From assembly GCA_963796965.1 (NCBI GenBank), contig CAWCNS010000002.1, forward strand, positions 1 through 64,000: 64,000 nt of DNA, given 5' to 3'. Positions 20,848 to 31,561 of this stretch are shown one piece after another. The DNA comes from Calditrichia bacterium (GTDB lineage: Bacteria > Calditrichota > Calditrichia > JAJRVZ01). The translations under genes and the position numbers were made by a program. The notes under the pieces were generated by a model. It did no database searches and was not told the origin of the DNA. It was given only the letters and a program-made list of their open reading frames with translations. The stretch's first letter is position 1. Every line of letters begins with the position of its first letter.

Positions 20848-21810
20848 ATGTTTCCAAAACCAAAAATAGTTATAAGTAAATGTTTGGGATTTGATGCCTG
20901 TCGTTACAATGGTCAAACCATTCCAGATGAATTCATTAACCGGCTTGGTGAATATGTTGACTATATTACCGTATGTCCTGAAGTTGAAATCGGCCTGGGA
21001 ACACCCCGGGCACCTATCCGCATTGTTGAAAATGAGGGTAAATTACAGCTGTATCAACCGGAGTCAGAAAAATTTTTTACTGATAAGATGGTATCCTTTA
21101 CTCATACATTCCTCGCGTCATTAAAAAAAATTGACGGATTTATATTAAAGAACCGTTCCCCTTCATGTGGTCCCGCTGATGTAAAAATATTCCAAGGGTT
21201 TGATAAATCTGCAGGAGCATACCGAGGTAGTGGATTTTTTGGTGGTGAGATTTTGAAAAGATTTGAAGTATCAGCTATCGAAGATGAAGGGAGATTAAAG
21301 AACTTTAGTATCCGTGAACACTTTTTAATTAAATTGTTTACATTTGCCCGCTTCCGTTTGGCAAAAAAGACAGGAACAATGGGAGCATTGGTAAAATTTC
21401 AAAGTGAACATAAATTACTTCTGTTGTCGTATAATCAGGCTCATTACCGGAAATGCGGCAGAATTGTAGCAAACCATGAGAAGCTTAACACTGATGATGT
21501 ATTTAATATGTATGAGACTGAATTAAGCATTATCTTAAAAAAAGTACCCCGCTACCCAGCAATGATTAACACCCTTCAGCACGCTTTTGGATGGATCTCA
21601 AATGATCTCTCAAAAGAAGAGAAAAAGTTCTTTATAAATACGCTTGAAGAATACCGGGATGAGAGGATTCCTCTTAGCACTGTTCTGCATTTGATCAATG
21701 CCTATGCCATTCGGTTCAAAAACAACTATCTTTCTGACCAGGTTTTGCTTAACCCCTACCCAAAGGAATTAACTGAAATTACTGACTCAGGAAAAGGACG
21801 GAACTATTAA
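20848..21810 (+). CDS. DUF523 + DUF1722 (YbgA/2-thiouracil desulfurase-like) protein
   Basis: ISKCLG..CRYNG, VCPEVEIGLGTPR, KNRSPSCG, EDEGRL, LNPYP. Confidence 0.9.
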   Translation: MFPKPKIVISKCLGFDACRYNGQTIPDEFINRLGEYVDYITVCPEVEIGLGTPRAPIRIVENEGKLQLYQPESEKFFTDKMVSFTHTFLASLKKIDGFILKNRSPSCGPADVKIFQGFDKSAGAYRGSGFFGGEILKRFEVSAIEDEGRLKNFSIREHFLIKLFTFARFRLAKKTGTMGALVKFQSEHKLLLLSYNQAHYRKCGRIVANHEKLNTDDVFNMYETELSIILKKVPRYPAMINTLQHAFGWISNDLSKEEKKFFINTLEEYRDERIPLSTVLHLINAYAIRFKNNYLSDQVLLNPYPKELTEITDSGKGRNY

Positions 21811-21860
21811 ATTTGATCCCTTTCATTAAAAATGTTCTTAATTTTAAAGGAATTGAAATC

Positions 21861-22436
21861 ATGAAAAGAATTAAAAAAACCTCTACTCGCGTCCTTACGC
21901 TATTATTATTAGTCGTATTATCCATGTCCACCGTTGTTCTTGCCGATGATGATGAAGAAGAACCCACTGAATTAAAAACTGTGGCGTTGGTTAATTTGGA
22001 AAAGTATATAGGTGTGTGGTATGAATATGCGAGAATTCCCAATAGTTTTCAGGATGATTGTGCCCTTAACACCACCGCAACATATACCCTTCGCGAGGAT
22101 GGAAAGATTGATGTGATCAACCGGTGTATTGATGCTGAGGGCGATACAATTGAGGCAAATGGTATTGCGCGGGTCGTTGATTTAGAGAGTAAATCAAAGC
22201 TCGAGGTCAGTTTTGTACGATTGTTGGGAATAAATCTTTTCTGGGGAGACTACTGGATTATTGGTCTGGCCGATGATTATCGTTATGCCGTTGTAGGTGA
22301 TCCATCTAGAAAATACGGCTGGATTCTTACACGGAGACCCAACCTTTCTGAAGAGGATTTTAGCACTATTAAAAATATTTTAAAAAGTCAGCGATATGAT
22401 CCAGAAAATTTTAATATCAGCCATAACGAGTATTAA
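21861..22436 (+). CDS. blc: Bacterial lipocalin (Blc-like)
   Basis: YIGVWYEYARIPNSF, GDYWII, Y.WILTR. Signal peptide after ATG 21861 (RBS AAGGA). Confidence 0.85.
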   Translation: MKRIKKTSTRVLTLLLLVVLSMSTVVLADDDEEEPTELKTVALVNLEKYIGVWYEYARIPNSFQDDCALNTTATYTLREDGKIDVINRCIDAEGDTIEANGIARVVDLESKSKLEVSFVRLLGINLFWGDYWIIGLADDYRYAVVGDPSRKYGWILTRRPNLSEEDFSTIKNILKSQRYDPENFNISHNEY

Positions 22437-22475
22437 ATTGGCTCCGTCTTTGGATTGATATTGGAATATCCCTTC

Positions 22476-23423
22476 TTATCTTTCCGAGGGTTTTCCCAAT
22501 GTTGATAAAATGTCTTTAAACTCATGAATCGTGCTAACGCTTATTGCTCCTATTTGATCAAAAATGTCGTTATAGGTCACGGCTCCCCGGCCACCAAGAA
22601 TTAGTGAGATATTAGGATCCAAGAGAGATCTGAGCTTACTTAATTCTTGCTTCAAAAGGGGATCATCAAAGGGATAGATAATACTTAGAGCGATCGACTT
22701 TGAATCTTCCTTAAACGCAGCAGCGGCAATTTCTTCTGCAGGTAAATTTGAGCCTAGATAAATAACCCGCCAACCCTCTGAGGCGGCAACTACCGCAATT
22801 GTCAATGCGCCAAGATCATGCATTTGTCCAAGCGGGGTGGCAATGACTATCGAAGGCGCGTTCAGGACCGGACGATATGTATTTCGCAAATTTGACAAAA
22901 AGGGACCAACTACTGATGTGGCCAGATGCTCATGCATGATCCGAATTGAACCATCATGCCAGAGTTCTCCTATCTTTTGTAACATGGGAATAATAAAATC
23001 CTGTAATAATGCCGGTTGAGTCAGATCGATGGAAGATCTCAACAATATCCTCTCCAAAGCATTTGAATCAAAATTGATAATGGCTGCAATACCATCATCC
23101 AAATATAAATCTGCACTATTCGTTGCATAAGCGGTTTGCGGTTGTGAACGCTCAGCCATGATAGATCTTTTATCATCACCAAGCATCTCTTTAAGTGAAT
23201 CTATATCCATATCCGCAATACTGCCTATATTATAACCCGATTGGGTCGCCTTATATAGAAGTTCCAGTAATACAATATCATCTTCTGAATATAACCGGCG
23301 GTTTGACTCTGTTCTCATCGGTGATACAACATTATATCGCTTCTCCCATACGCGGATGGCATGAACACTGAGCCCAGTCCTCTGGGCGACAACCTTAATT
23401 GAAAATCGTTTATCACTTTTCAT
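22476..23423 (-). CDS. CarH/LitR-type MerR-family, B12-binding transcriptional regulator
   Basis: MerR HTH with RVWEKRY, W-x9-EH motif (WHDGSIRIMHEH), QMHDLG B12-binding His motif, YLG.NLP, ALS, LGG. Confidence 0.9.
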   Translation of the reverse strand: MKSDKRFSIKVVAQRTGLSVHAIRVWEKRYNVVSPMRTESNRRLYSEDDIVLLELLYKATQSGYNIGSIADMDIDSLKEMLGDDKRSIMAERSQPQTAYATNSADLYLDDGIAAIINFDSNALERILLRSSIDLTQPALLQDFIIPMLQKIGELWHDGSIRIMHEHLATSVVGPFLSNLRNTYRPVLNAPSIVIATPLGQMHDLGALTIAVVAASEGWRVIYLGSNLPAEEIAAAAFKEDSKSIALSIIYPFDDPLLKQELSKLRSLLDPNISLILGGRGAVTYNDIFDQIGAISVSTIHEFKDILSTLGKPSER

Positions 23424-23428
23424 ACCTT

Positions 23429-23458
23429 AATATATAACTTTTGTCTAATATTTGTCAA
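23429..23458 (-). promoter_or_regulatory. Sigma-70 promoter of the carH-like gene overlapped by 11-bp TnnACA repeats; probably leaderless
   Basis: Minus strand TTGACA AATAT TAGACA AAAGT TATATA TTAAGGT ATG. Confidence 0.65.
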
Positions 23459-23555
23459 ATTTATTTTACACACATCAACTCATTGTTAACATGCCACTTA
23501 GGTCCTTACTGTTAATTATTATTTTAGTTATTCTAAGATGTTTTTCTATTTTTCC

Positions 23556-23615
23556 TTGACAAAAGATAGACACCTCCGTATATTGTGCCCAGTTGTTTAT
23601 ACAAATATTAGACAA
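23556..23615 (+). promoter_or_regulatory. Sigma-70 promoter (TTGACA-17-TATATT) with CarH-type operator direct repeats
   Basis: TTGACA (23556)/TAGACA (23567) and TATACA (23598)/TAGACA (23609), each pair 11 bp apart; -10 at 23579-23584. Confidence 0.7.
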
Positions 23616-23647
23616 TCAATTCATTTAACCTAATTTAGGAGGTCGTT

Positions 23648-24969
23648 ATGTTTAGCAAATCTTTATTCACTGTTTTAGCACTTTTAGTTTCATTTGGTGT
23701 TTTTGTTGGTTGTTCCGAATCTGAAGATGGAAATCCTGTGGGAAATGCACCTGGAGAAGCAAGTATTCGTGTACTGCATACCAGTTATGATGCTCCCGCT
23801 GTGGATGTAAAGGTAGATGGAAATACTGCTTTTTCTAGTCTTGGGTACGGTTCTTCATCCGGTTATGCTAGTCTGGATGCAGGTTCTTACAATGTTTCTG
23901 TTACGCCTGCCGGTGAAAATAGTCCTGTTGTCATTGACGCCGATGTAACTTTGGAAGATGGCAAAGAATATACCGTAATAGCCGCCGGTGATCTTGCCAA
24001 TATTACACCGATAGTTGTGGAAGATATGCGTAGCCCTGTAGCAGATATGGCAAAAATCCGCTTTGCCCATATGTCACCGGATGCACCTTCGGTAGACATT
24101 AAATTGGATACTGGTAAAGGAACAACGGTATTTGATAATGCTGATTTCAAATCGGTAACCGAATATACAATGGTCGGTGGTGGGACTTATACTTTTGCCG
24201 TTACACCAGCTGAATTCGACAGATGAAGTTTTGACCTTTGATCCAATTGCTGTTGAAAATGGTAAAGTATATACTGTAGTTGCACATGGCACATTGGATG
24301 ACATGGATAATTTTCCCTTTGCAGCCAGAGTATTTATTGATAATGATAATGGTGATGAATATGCCGATCTTACAGCATTTGGTTCATCAAAAGTGATGGT
24401 GATTCATGCTTCACCAGATGCCCCAGGTGTTGACCTTTTGGTAGACAATAATATCGCTGGGACAAATCTGGAATTCCCAAATAACACGGGATACCTTTCT
24501 GTAACAGCCACAACACATAATATCAAAGTAAATGTGAGCGGTTCTCCAACCACCGTAATCGAGGCTGATTTAGACTTTATGAAAGGTAAATCATATTCTG
24601 CTTTTGCCGTTGATTCGGTTGCCAGTATTGGTGCTCTTGTTTTGGAAGATGATTTGTCAACGCCTGCTTCAGGCAATGCACATGTCCGGTTTATTCACCT
24701 TTCACCCGATGCACCGGCAGTCGATATTACAACAACGGATGGATCTATCGTCTTCGGCAACAGATCTTTTAAGGAATACACCGAGTTTACACCTTTGCCA
24801 GCCGGAACCTATGATCTTCAGGTACGCCTCCAGGGCACAACTACTGTCGTATTGCCTCTAAATGGTATTGCAATAGAAGATGGTAAAATTTATACCGTCT
24901 TTGCAAAAGGTTTTGTTGCAGGAGAAGGGGCACAAGCTTCTTGGTGCTCAGATTATAATGAACAACTAA
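23648..24969 (+). CDS. DUF4397 repeat lipoprotein (two +1 frameshifts at about 24212 and 24939)
   Basis: RBS AGGAGG, lipobox FVGC, four HxS(P/Y)DAPxVD repeats. Corrections restore TPANSTDEVLTFD and AQALGAQIIMNN*. Confidence 0.85.
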
Positions 24970-24987
24970 GACTCTGTCAAACTAAAC

Positions 24988-25027
24988 AAAATCCGGTCTG
25001 ATCAACTGATTTGACCGGATTTTTTTA
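24988..25027 (+). terminator. Intrinsic terminator
   Basis: aaaatccggtc...gaccggatttt stem followed by a T run, just after the corrected DUF4397 stop. Confidence 0.75.
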
Positions 25028-25151
25028 TTTAAATACATTGATTCACTTTGGCCTGCTACCGGGTATCTATATTTTATTTTTTGCATCTATTTCCACGATT
25101 TTCTACATTTCTTTCGCCTCTGTTTTAATTTTTTAACGAACAAGAAACCAT

Positions 25152-26036
25152 ATGAAAATTATATTTCTACTAATTTTTTTAATGAGTTGTACAATCAATA
25201 ATCAAGATATGTCAAATCTTAATGATTCCTACGATTTCTCGGGGAAAACAAGTAAAGTTTTTAAATTATCAAAAAAATTACAAGAGATATCCGGATTAGC
25301 TATGAGTACAGATGGCAGATTATTTGCTCATGATGATGAGTCTGCCAGAATTAGCCAGATCGATTACGCCACTGGTAAAATCGTTAAATCTTTTTTTGTC
25401 GGAGAGAAAACATTAAAAAAAGATTTTGAGGGTCTGGCAATTGCTCAGCACGTATTCTATCTGGTATCAAGCGATGGTGTCTTATATGAATTTAAGGAAG
25501 GAAACGAAGGGGACCACGTAACCTTTAAGAAACATACTACTAAACTGGCATCCAAAAATGATGTAGAAGGATTATGTTTCGACCCCTCCAACAATACCCT
25601 CCTTCTTGCCTGTAAAGGCGATCCGGGGAAAGGATATGGCGGGTTTAAAACTGTTTATTCTTTCTCTTTAGCGGATAAAAAATTATCAAAAAAACCGATA
25701 ATCAAATTAAATATCAATGATATTAATAATATGCTCGAGAAAAACTTTTCCCAGAAATTGGCAGATTTTTTTCAAGTATCAGATAAGGGGTTTGCTCCAT
25801 CGGGCATCGAAATACATCCCGGGAATGGGACATTCTTTGTACTCTCTGCTAAAGGACGTCTTCTTGTCGAAGTTTCACAGAAAGGTGATTTCTTAGGATT
25901 GGCTTTACTCAACAAAAAAAATCACCCACAGCCTGAAGGAATAACCTTCACCCCCGAATATGATCTTATTATTGCTGATGAAGGCGGGGATGGTAAAGCA
26001 ATACTGAGCTTATACCCCCTCCTAAATGACAACTGA
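25152..26036 (+). CDS. SdiA-regulated (YjiK)/phytase-like beta-propeller lipoprotein
   Basis: Lipobox LMSC; LQEISGL, DFEGLA, DVEGLC, FAPSGIEIHP, PQPEGITF...ADEG. Confidence 0.85.
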   Translation: MKIIFLLIFLMSCTINNQDMSNLNDSYDFSGKTSKVFKLSKKLQEISGLAMSTDGRLFAHDDESARISQIDYATGKIVKSFFVGEKTLKKDFEGLAIAQHVFYLVSSDGVLYEFKEGNEGDHVTFKKHTTKLASKNDVEGLCFDPSNNTLLLACKGDPGKGYGGFKTVYSFSLADKKLSKKPIIKLNINDINNMLEKNFSQKLADFFQVSDKGFAPSGIEIHPGNGTFFVLSAKGRLLVEVSQKGDFLGLALLNKKNHPQPEGITFTPEYDLIIADEGGDGKAILSLYPLLNDN

Positions 26037-28724
26037 GTTAATATTCAACATTACTAATTACATTTTCCATATGAGAACAAAGCCGAATCACATATTAAAG
26101 GTCCTTTTATTTACCGTCTATATTTCAGGTTCCCTAATTGCCGGAGAAATTTCTGACAGCCTGAAATCAGCAGAAACGGTTAAGGTTATACCAGGGGAAG
26201 AGTATCAGGCCGGATGGTTTCATCGCTTTATATTCGGATCTCAGTGGCGGGATTTATGGACGTCCTCTATTTCAGTTCCCGTTCTTGATCTGGATAAAGA
26301 TGCGGGCGGGCTTAGTCCATTTAAACGCGGGGGTGGATTTCAAACTAAATCTCTCCATTTTAAAGCTAACAATGGTAAATACTACAAATTTCGCTCCATA
26401 AACAAAGATCCTAAAAAAGTAGTACCTGAATATTTCCGTGATACATTTGTTGCAGATGTTGTTCAGGATATGATCAGCACAGCCCATCCCCTTGCTCCAG
26501 TCGTTGCTTCTCCCCTGTTAAATTCAGTTGGTGTTCTTAATTCTACACCCAGCATCGTTGTCCTACCGGATAACAGCAAACTTGGCTCCTATCAGGATGA
26601 ATTTAAAAATGTCTTGGGAACCTTCTCAGAAAACCCTAAGGATGAAACTGATCCCGAATTAGTCTTTGCCGGTGCGGATAAAATAGTCAAAAATTATAAG
26701 ATCTTTGAGTTAGTTGAAGAAGACAATGATAACCAGGTTGATGGATTAGAATTTTTAAAAGCCCGGTTAATGGATATCTTTTTGGGAGATTGGGATCGCC
26801 ATGTTAAACAATGGAAATGGGCACGATTTAAAAAAGGAAAAAAAAGACGATGGGTGCCTATTCCTCGCGACCGTGACCAGGTCTTCGCCCTATACAATGG
26901 ACTTCTGCCCTGGATGGTCACCATTGCTGTACCACAAATTGAAGGATTCAGAGCAAACTATTCCCAGGTCAATGACCTGACCTGGGCAGGAAGATTTTTA
27001 GATAGACGTTTTTTAGTCTCAGTAAATAAAGCCGCCTGGGACTCCGTTACGACCTATGTGCAATCGCATTTAACGGATGCAGTCATTGAAAGCGCTGTGG
27101 CACGCATGCCGGAGGAATGGTTTAAAAAAGAGGGGAATCACCTTATCCGGACATTAAAAAAGAGGCGTGATAATCTAAATAAAATCTCTGAAGATTATTA
27201 TGGTATGATATTTAAGTATGTATCCATCTTTGGGAGCGATAAAAAGGAGTTTGCCGAGATCAAACGTCTGAACGATGATCAGGTTCAGGTTTCTATTTAT
27301 AAAAAAGATAAGGAAAGCGGTCAAAAAAAGGGCGAACCATTTTTTCATCGAATATTTCATAGGGATGAAACCAAAGAGATCCGAGTTGATTTACTTGACG
27401 GGGATGATACAGCAATCGTGGAGGGAAGTGTCGATAAAAGCATCACCCTTCTTATCACCGGAGGAAAGGGAAAAGATACATTAATAGATAGTTCCATTGT
27501 AAATGGATTTTATCTTAGCATCACACCTTTCAAAACCCACAAGACAGAAACAATTTTTTATGATAGTGGGAAAAAAACTGCTCTGACCTTAGGGCCTTCT
27601 TCTGATATTAATACCGATAAGGCACCAATCTACAAAGAGTTTGATTCTGAAAAAGATAATGTCCATGAAAAGTATGAACCCCAGAATGAAGATCGGGATC
27701 ACGACTGGAAAGCAGGTTTCTGGTTTGGTTATAACGGCACCGATGGTCTTTTAATCGGCGGTGGTCCTAAGTTATACAAGTATGGATATAGAGTTAAACC
27801 TTTTGTCTATAAAATGACACTTCTTATGGCCTATGTAACAAACATCGAAACTTTTGTTTTGGACTATTCGGGAGAATTTCATCGAATTGTCAGGAACCAT
27901 AGAGCACGATTGAATATCCGAAAGATTACAGCCAATACGTTTTTTTATGGTTATGGAAACGAAACACTTCGCGATGTATCTTTAGAAGACAATAACTTTT
28001 ATCGTTTCAGACCGGACCTATTTGACATTTCTATTGATGTAGATTTTAAGATTTCTGAAAAACATTATTTCTGGATAGGGATGTCTTTCGACAATTCAGT
28101 TTCAAAATTTGATCCGAATACAATTCTGGATTCACTCCAGTAGGCAATACAGAAAAACGATCTCAAATAGGGCTTGAAGCAGGTTATATACTAGACACAA
28201 GGGATAACGAATTTACACCCTTTAGTGGATATTATGTGGATTTCAAGGCGATGCATTATCCCGGGTTAATTGACCAGAAGTTAAAGTATCAAAAGATTTC
28301 ATTGGATACCCGTGCTTATATCCGTACCGATTTCATAACCACATCATCATTCGCCTTTCGTTGTTCTGGTGCCTATGTCTGGGGCAATTATCCTTTACAC
28401 ATGAGCACTTTTCTTGGAGGACGGCCAAACCTCTTGGGTTTTGAAAGGGGGAGATTTTCTGGAAATGCTTCACTCTTTGGAGCCATCGATTTGAGAAGTT
28501 ACTTATTCCCAATAAAAATTCTCGTCCCGGCAAGGGTTGGCTTTTCAGTATTTGCACAAAGCGGCCGTGTATTTTATACTGGGGAAGATTCAAAAAAATG
28601 GCATCCCTCATTCGGCGGAGGAGGTTGGGTATCATTTCTAAACAGAGAAATAACATTTAATACGACGGTTGCCCTATCGCCGGAAGATACCATTCTTTAT
28701 TTTACCACTGGTTTTATGTTTTAA
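26026..28724 (+). CDS. Outer-membrane protein: kinase-like N-terminal domain + BamA/TamA (Omp85)-type barrel (-1 frameshift near 28138)
   Basis: GGGFQTKSL, KARLMDIFLGDWDRH..QW, PIPRDRDQ. Barrel with LDTRDN, LGG..NLLGF..GRFSGN, GRVF and terminal F. Adding one C joins the two ORFs. Confidence 0.75.
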
Positions 28725-28857
28725 GACGCCCATACAATATTGATCTTACCTATCCGGAAAGACATCCAGCCCATGGATGACTAAAAATCGCTTCAGGTAG
28801 TTCTTCGAATACGGCCATTACAATTATGATATAACAGGCGTAAATAACTAAACGAAC

Positions 28858-30558
28858 TTATTCAACAGCCTTCCCTATCACACGGTAATTAAATTCATAA
28901 CCCATTGTATGCATCCAAGTATCTTCTTTGCCTGTTTTCATCAGGGTACCCTCAATCGGACCGACAGGCTTACCATAACTATAAAACCAGTTTATGATCG
29001 GACTCCCCTTGAATCGAACCGTGATCCAATATTTATCCGGGGTGAGGATTAATCCTTGATCAGAAAAATCAAAATCAATCCAATCATACCCCCTACCCTG
29101 TTGGAATGCTTGTAAATCGACAGAATTGCTCACCGCCGCGACATCACCCGGCTTTCCGTTCTGATCTTCCCGAATCTCCAGAGACAAAAAACCACGACCG
29201 CCAAACTTTTGTAAAGCAAGCCCAATTCTTTCCAGAAGAATGGGTTTTTTCAGAATAAACATCTGTGCATAATCCGAATTGCCACTAACATATTCTGCCG
29301 TTTCAACTAAAAAATTCTTTTTTAATTCCTGTGAATTCTCGTCTTTTCCCTGCGATGATATTCGTGTAAAGGCAAAATTGATGTTTCGTGGATAGTCCAG
29401 GTTTCCAAAGATAAAAGGTTTATCAAATCTAAGGTTTGCTAGAGTTTTCGGATCAAATTTTTCAGGCTTTTCAGCTACTGGCTGTTCAGGTATCTCAATT
29501 TTTGTCTGAACTCCTGGCATGAGAAGAAGTCTTCTGGGACCAATTCTCTGGTTGTATCCGCTAATTGAAATTTCATCTCGCAGGAACGCAGCTTCCATCC
29601 CTTCCTGGAACGAAATAACCTCCTTAGAGCCCTTCGTTCTCGTCCAACGTACCAACCCATCATTCATGGTCTCTTCGTTATCCGTACCAACTTCAATACG
29701 AATGAACCGGTTGCTTACAAACAACTCACTCTGCTGTGGATCAAAAGGCATCCAACCGAGATCAGGGAAATAAACTTCTATCCAGGAATGACGGCCTTCT
29801 GCCATATTTAGTGTAAGGAGTCTATCCTCAACCTCAATATTATAGGGTTCTTTCAACGTAATCCCATTGACAATGCGAACAGGGATCCCCTGTGCACGCA
29901 TTAAGGCAGCAGCAAGATGGGAAAAATTCTGACAATTACCTCGCCCGGTTTTCAAAGTAAATAAGGCCCCAAACTCTTCCGGATTCAGTACATAGTTAAC
30001 ATGATCTATCACCCAAGCTAATATATTATGAACCGCTGTATACTCTGTTTTTGCACTTCCTACAATTTCAGAGGATAATTCACGCAGTGATTTGTCCTCT
30101 GAAGGTACCATTTTGCTATGAGCCAGATAGGGTTTTAAATTAGCAGATATACCTTCAATCGGGAAAGGGGCATTACTTACTACCTCTTTTAAGGCGACTG
30201 TATTTTTTGTTTGGAATGAAATGACGACCTCAATAGGTTGACGTGGATTTTTCCAGGCATAATCCATGACGTGATTTCCGCGTTTATCAACCCACTCTTT
30301 TTTATTCTCAGGATCAACTGTAAAACTAATCTTAAAATTCGAGACATGTTGACTATAGGTAATGGATTCAAAACTTTCAGGTATTACATAACTTAGATTT
30401 AATGAGGCTGTTTCAGAGGTCGGTATTATGTTTTGAAACAATCGGTAATTGATTATCGAGGTCTGGTTACCATTTAAGAGATAATTGTCAGCAAAGAGGC
30501 CACTCTCAAACGCAAATATTTCTAATAAAAATATGACAAGATAAAAGTTCTTTCTCAT
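28858..30558 (-). CDS. Secreted transglutaminase-like domain protein
   Basis: Signal peptide; triad GNCQNFSHL / HSWIEVY / FDPQ. Confidence 0.85.
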   Translation of the reverse strand: MRKNFYLVIFLLEIFAFESGLFADNYLLNGNQTSIINYRLFQNIIPTSETASLNLSYVIPESFESITYSQHVSNFKISFTVDPENKKEWVDKRGNHVMDYAWKNPRQPIEVVISFQTKNTVALKEVVSNAPFPIEGISANLKPYLAHSKMVPSEDKSLRELSSEIVGSAKTEYTAVHNILAWVIDHVNYVLNPEEFGALFTLKTGRGNCQNFSHLAAALMRAQGIPVRIVNGITLKEPYNIEVEDRLLTLNMAEGRHSWIEVYFPDLGWMPFDPQQSELFVSNRFIRIEVGTDNEETMNDGLVRWTRTKGSKEVISFQEGMEAAFLRDEISISGYNQRIGPRRLLLMPGVQTKIEIPEQPVAEKPEKFDPKTLANLRFDKPFIFGNLDYPRNINFAFTRISSQGKDENSQELKKNFLVETAEYVSGNSDYAQMFILKKPILLERIGLALQKFGGRGFLSLEIREDQNGKPGDVAAVSNSVDLQAFQQGRGYDWIDFDFSDQGLILTPDKYWITVRFKGSPIINWFYSYGKPVGPIEGTLMKTGKEDTWMHTMGYEFNYRVIGKAVE

Positions 30559-30870
30559 AATGCACACCTATTTATTTCTTTAGTCGGGATTTCAATTAGA
30601 ATAACGGGAATTTAAAGAATTGTGGCTTTGAAATTCTCTTAATTTTATAATTGATAATTTTTTTCTTGTTTAGAATATTTCTTTTCAACTTTCTTTAAAT
30701 GTTATGTAAAATTAAGGTCGCTTAATAATTCCTGTATATTTATTTTGATTAGAATAAATTCATACATAAAATTGTTTTATATTATTGTAACCATCCTTAA
30801 ATAAAGTTAATAAACTAATAATATACGAATACATTATTTTATCCTATTTTTAAAAAAAAGGAAAATCGGT

Positions 30871-31464
30871 ATGGATGAACTGGACAAAATCAAACCCGAA
30901 TTAGATGGTACATTAAAAGCTAAAAAGAAAAAGAAAAAAAAGACAGCGGATCGTGGTATCGAAACGATGTTTCGATTAACATCAAAAAATCATTTTACCC
31001 TTAGTGCGATTGCAGATAATAAGGCCAGTACACTTATAAGCATAAGCGCTTTAATAATATCCATCATAGTCTCTGTTTTAATTAGAAAGATTGATGAAGA
31101 TCCCGATCTGATCATCCCCACGGTCCTACTATTAATAACTCTTATGGGTACAATTATTTATGCCGTTCTATCAACCAGACCTAAAGTTACCTCATTAACA
31201 ATGACGAAAGAAGACATCATAGAACGAAGAGGGAACCTGTTATTCTTTGGCAATTTTATAAACTTGCCTGTTGAGGATTACGAATGGGGGATGAAGGAGT
31301 TGATGGAGGACCGTGTATATTTGTATAATAATTTGATAAGAGATATTTATTATTTGGGACTTGTACTTGATAAAAAATATAGATATTTGAGATATGCCTA
31401 TAATATTTTCATGTATGGATTAATTGTATCTGTTATAACTTATATATTTGCTTTTGCATTTTGA
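30871..31464 (+). CDS. Pycsar-effector-family (DUF5706/PycTM-like) membrane protein, stand-alone
   Basis: RGIETMFR...LSAIADNKA.TLI, three TMs, NLLFFGNF, DIYYLG.VL.KKYRYLR.AY.IF. Confidence 0.85.
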   Translation: MDELDKIKPELDGTLKAKKKKKKKTADRGIETMFRLTSKNHFTLSAIADNKASTLISISALIISIIVSVLIRKIDEDPDLIIPTVLLLITLMGTIIYAVLSTRPKVTSLTMTKEDIIERRGNLLFFGNFINLPVEDYEWGMKELMEDRVYLYNNLIRDIYYLGLVLDKKYRYLRYAYNIFMYGLIVSVITYIFAFAF

Positions 31465-31561
31465 GGAATAGGAATCTTTTCATTAAATATTATCTTGGTT
31501 ATCAATTTGGACAACGTAAATAGTGAATTGTAAAAGCCCATTTAACAAATTAAAGGTTCCA

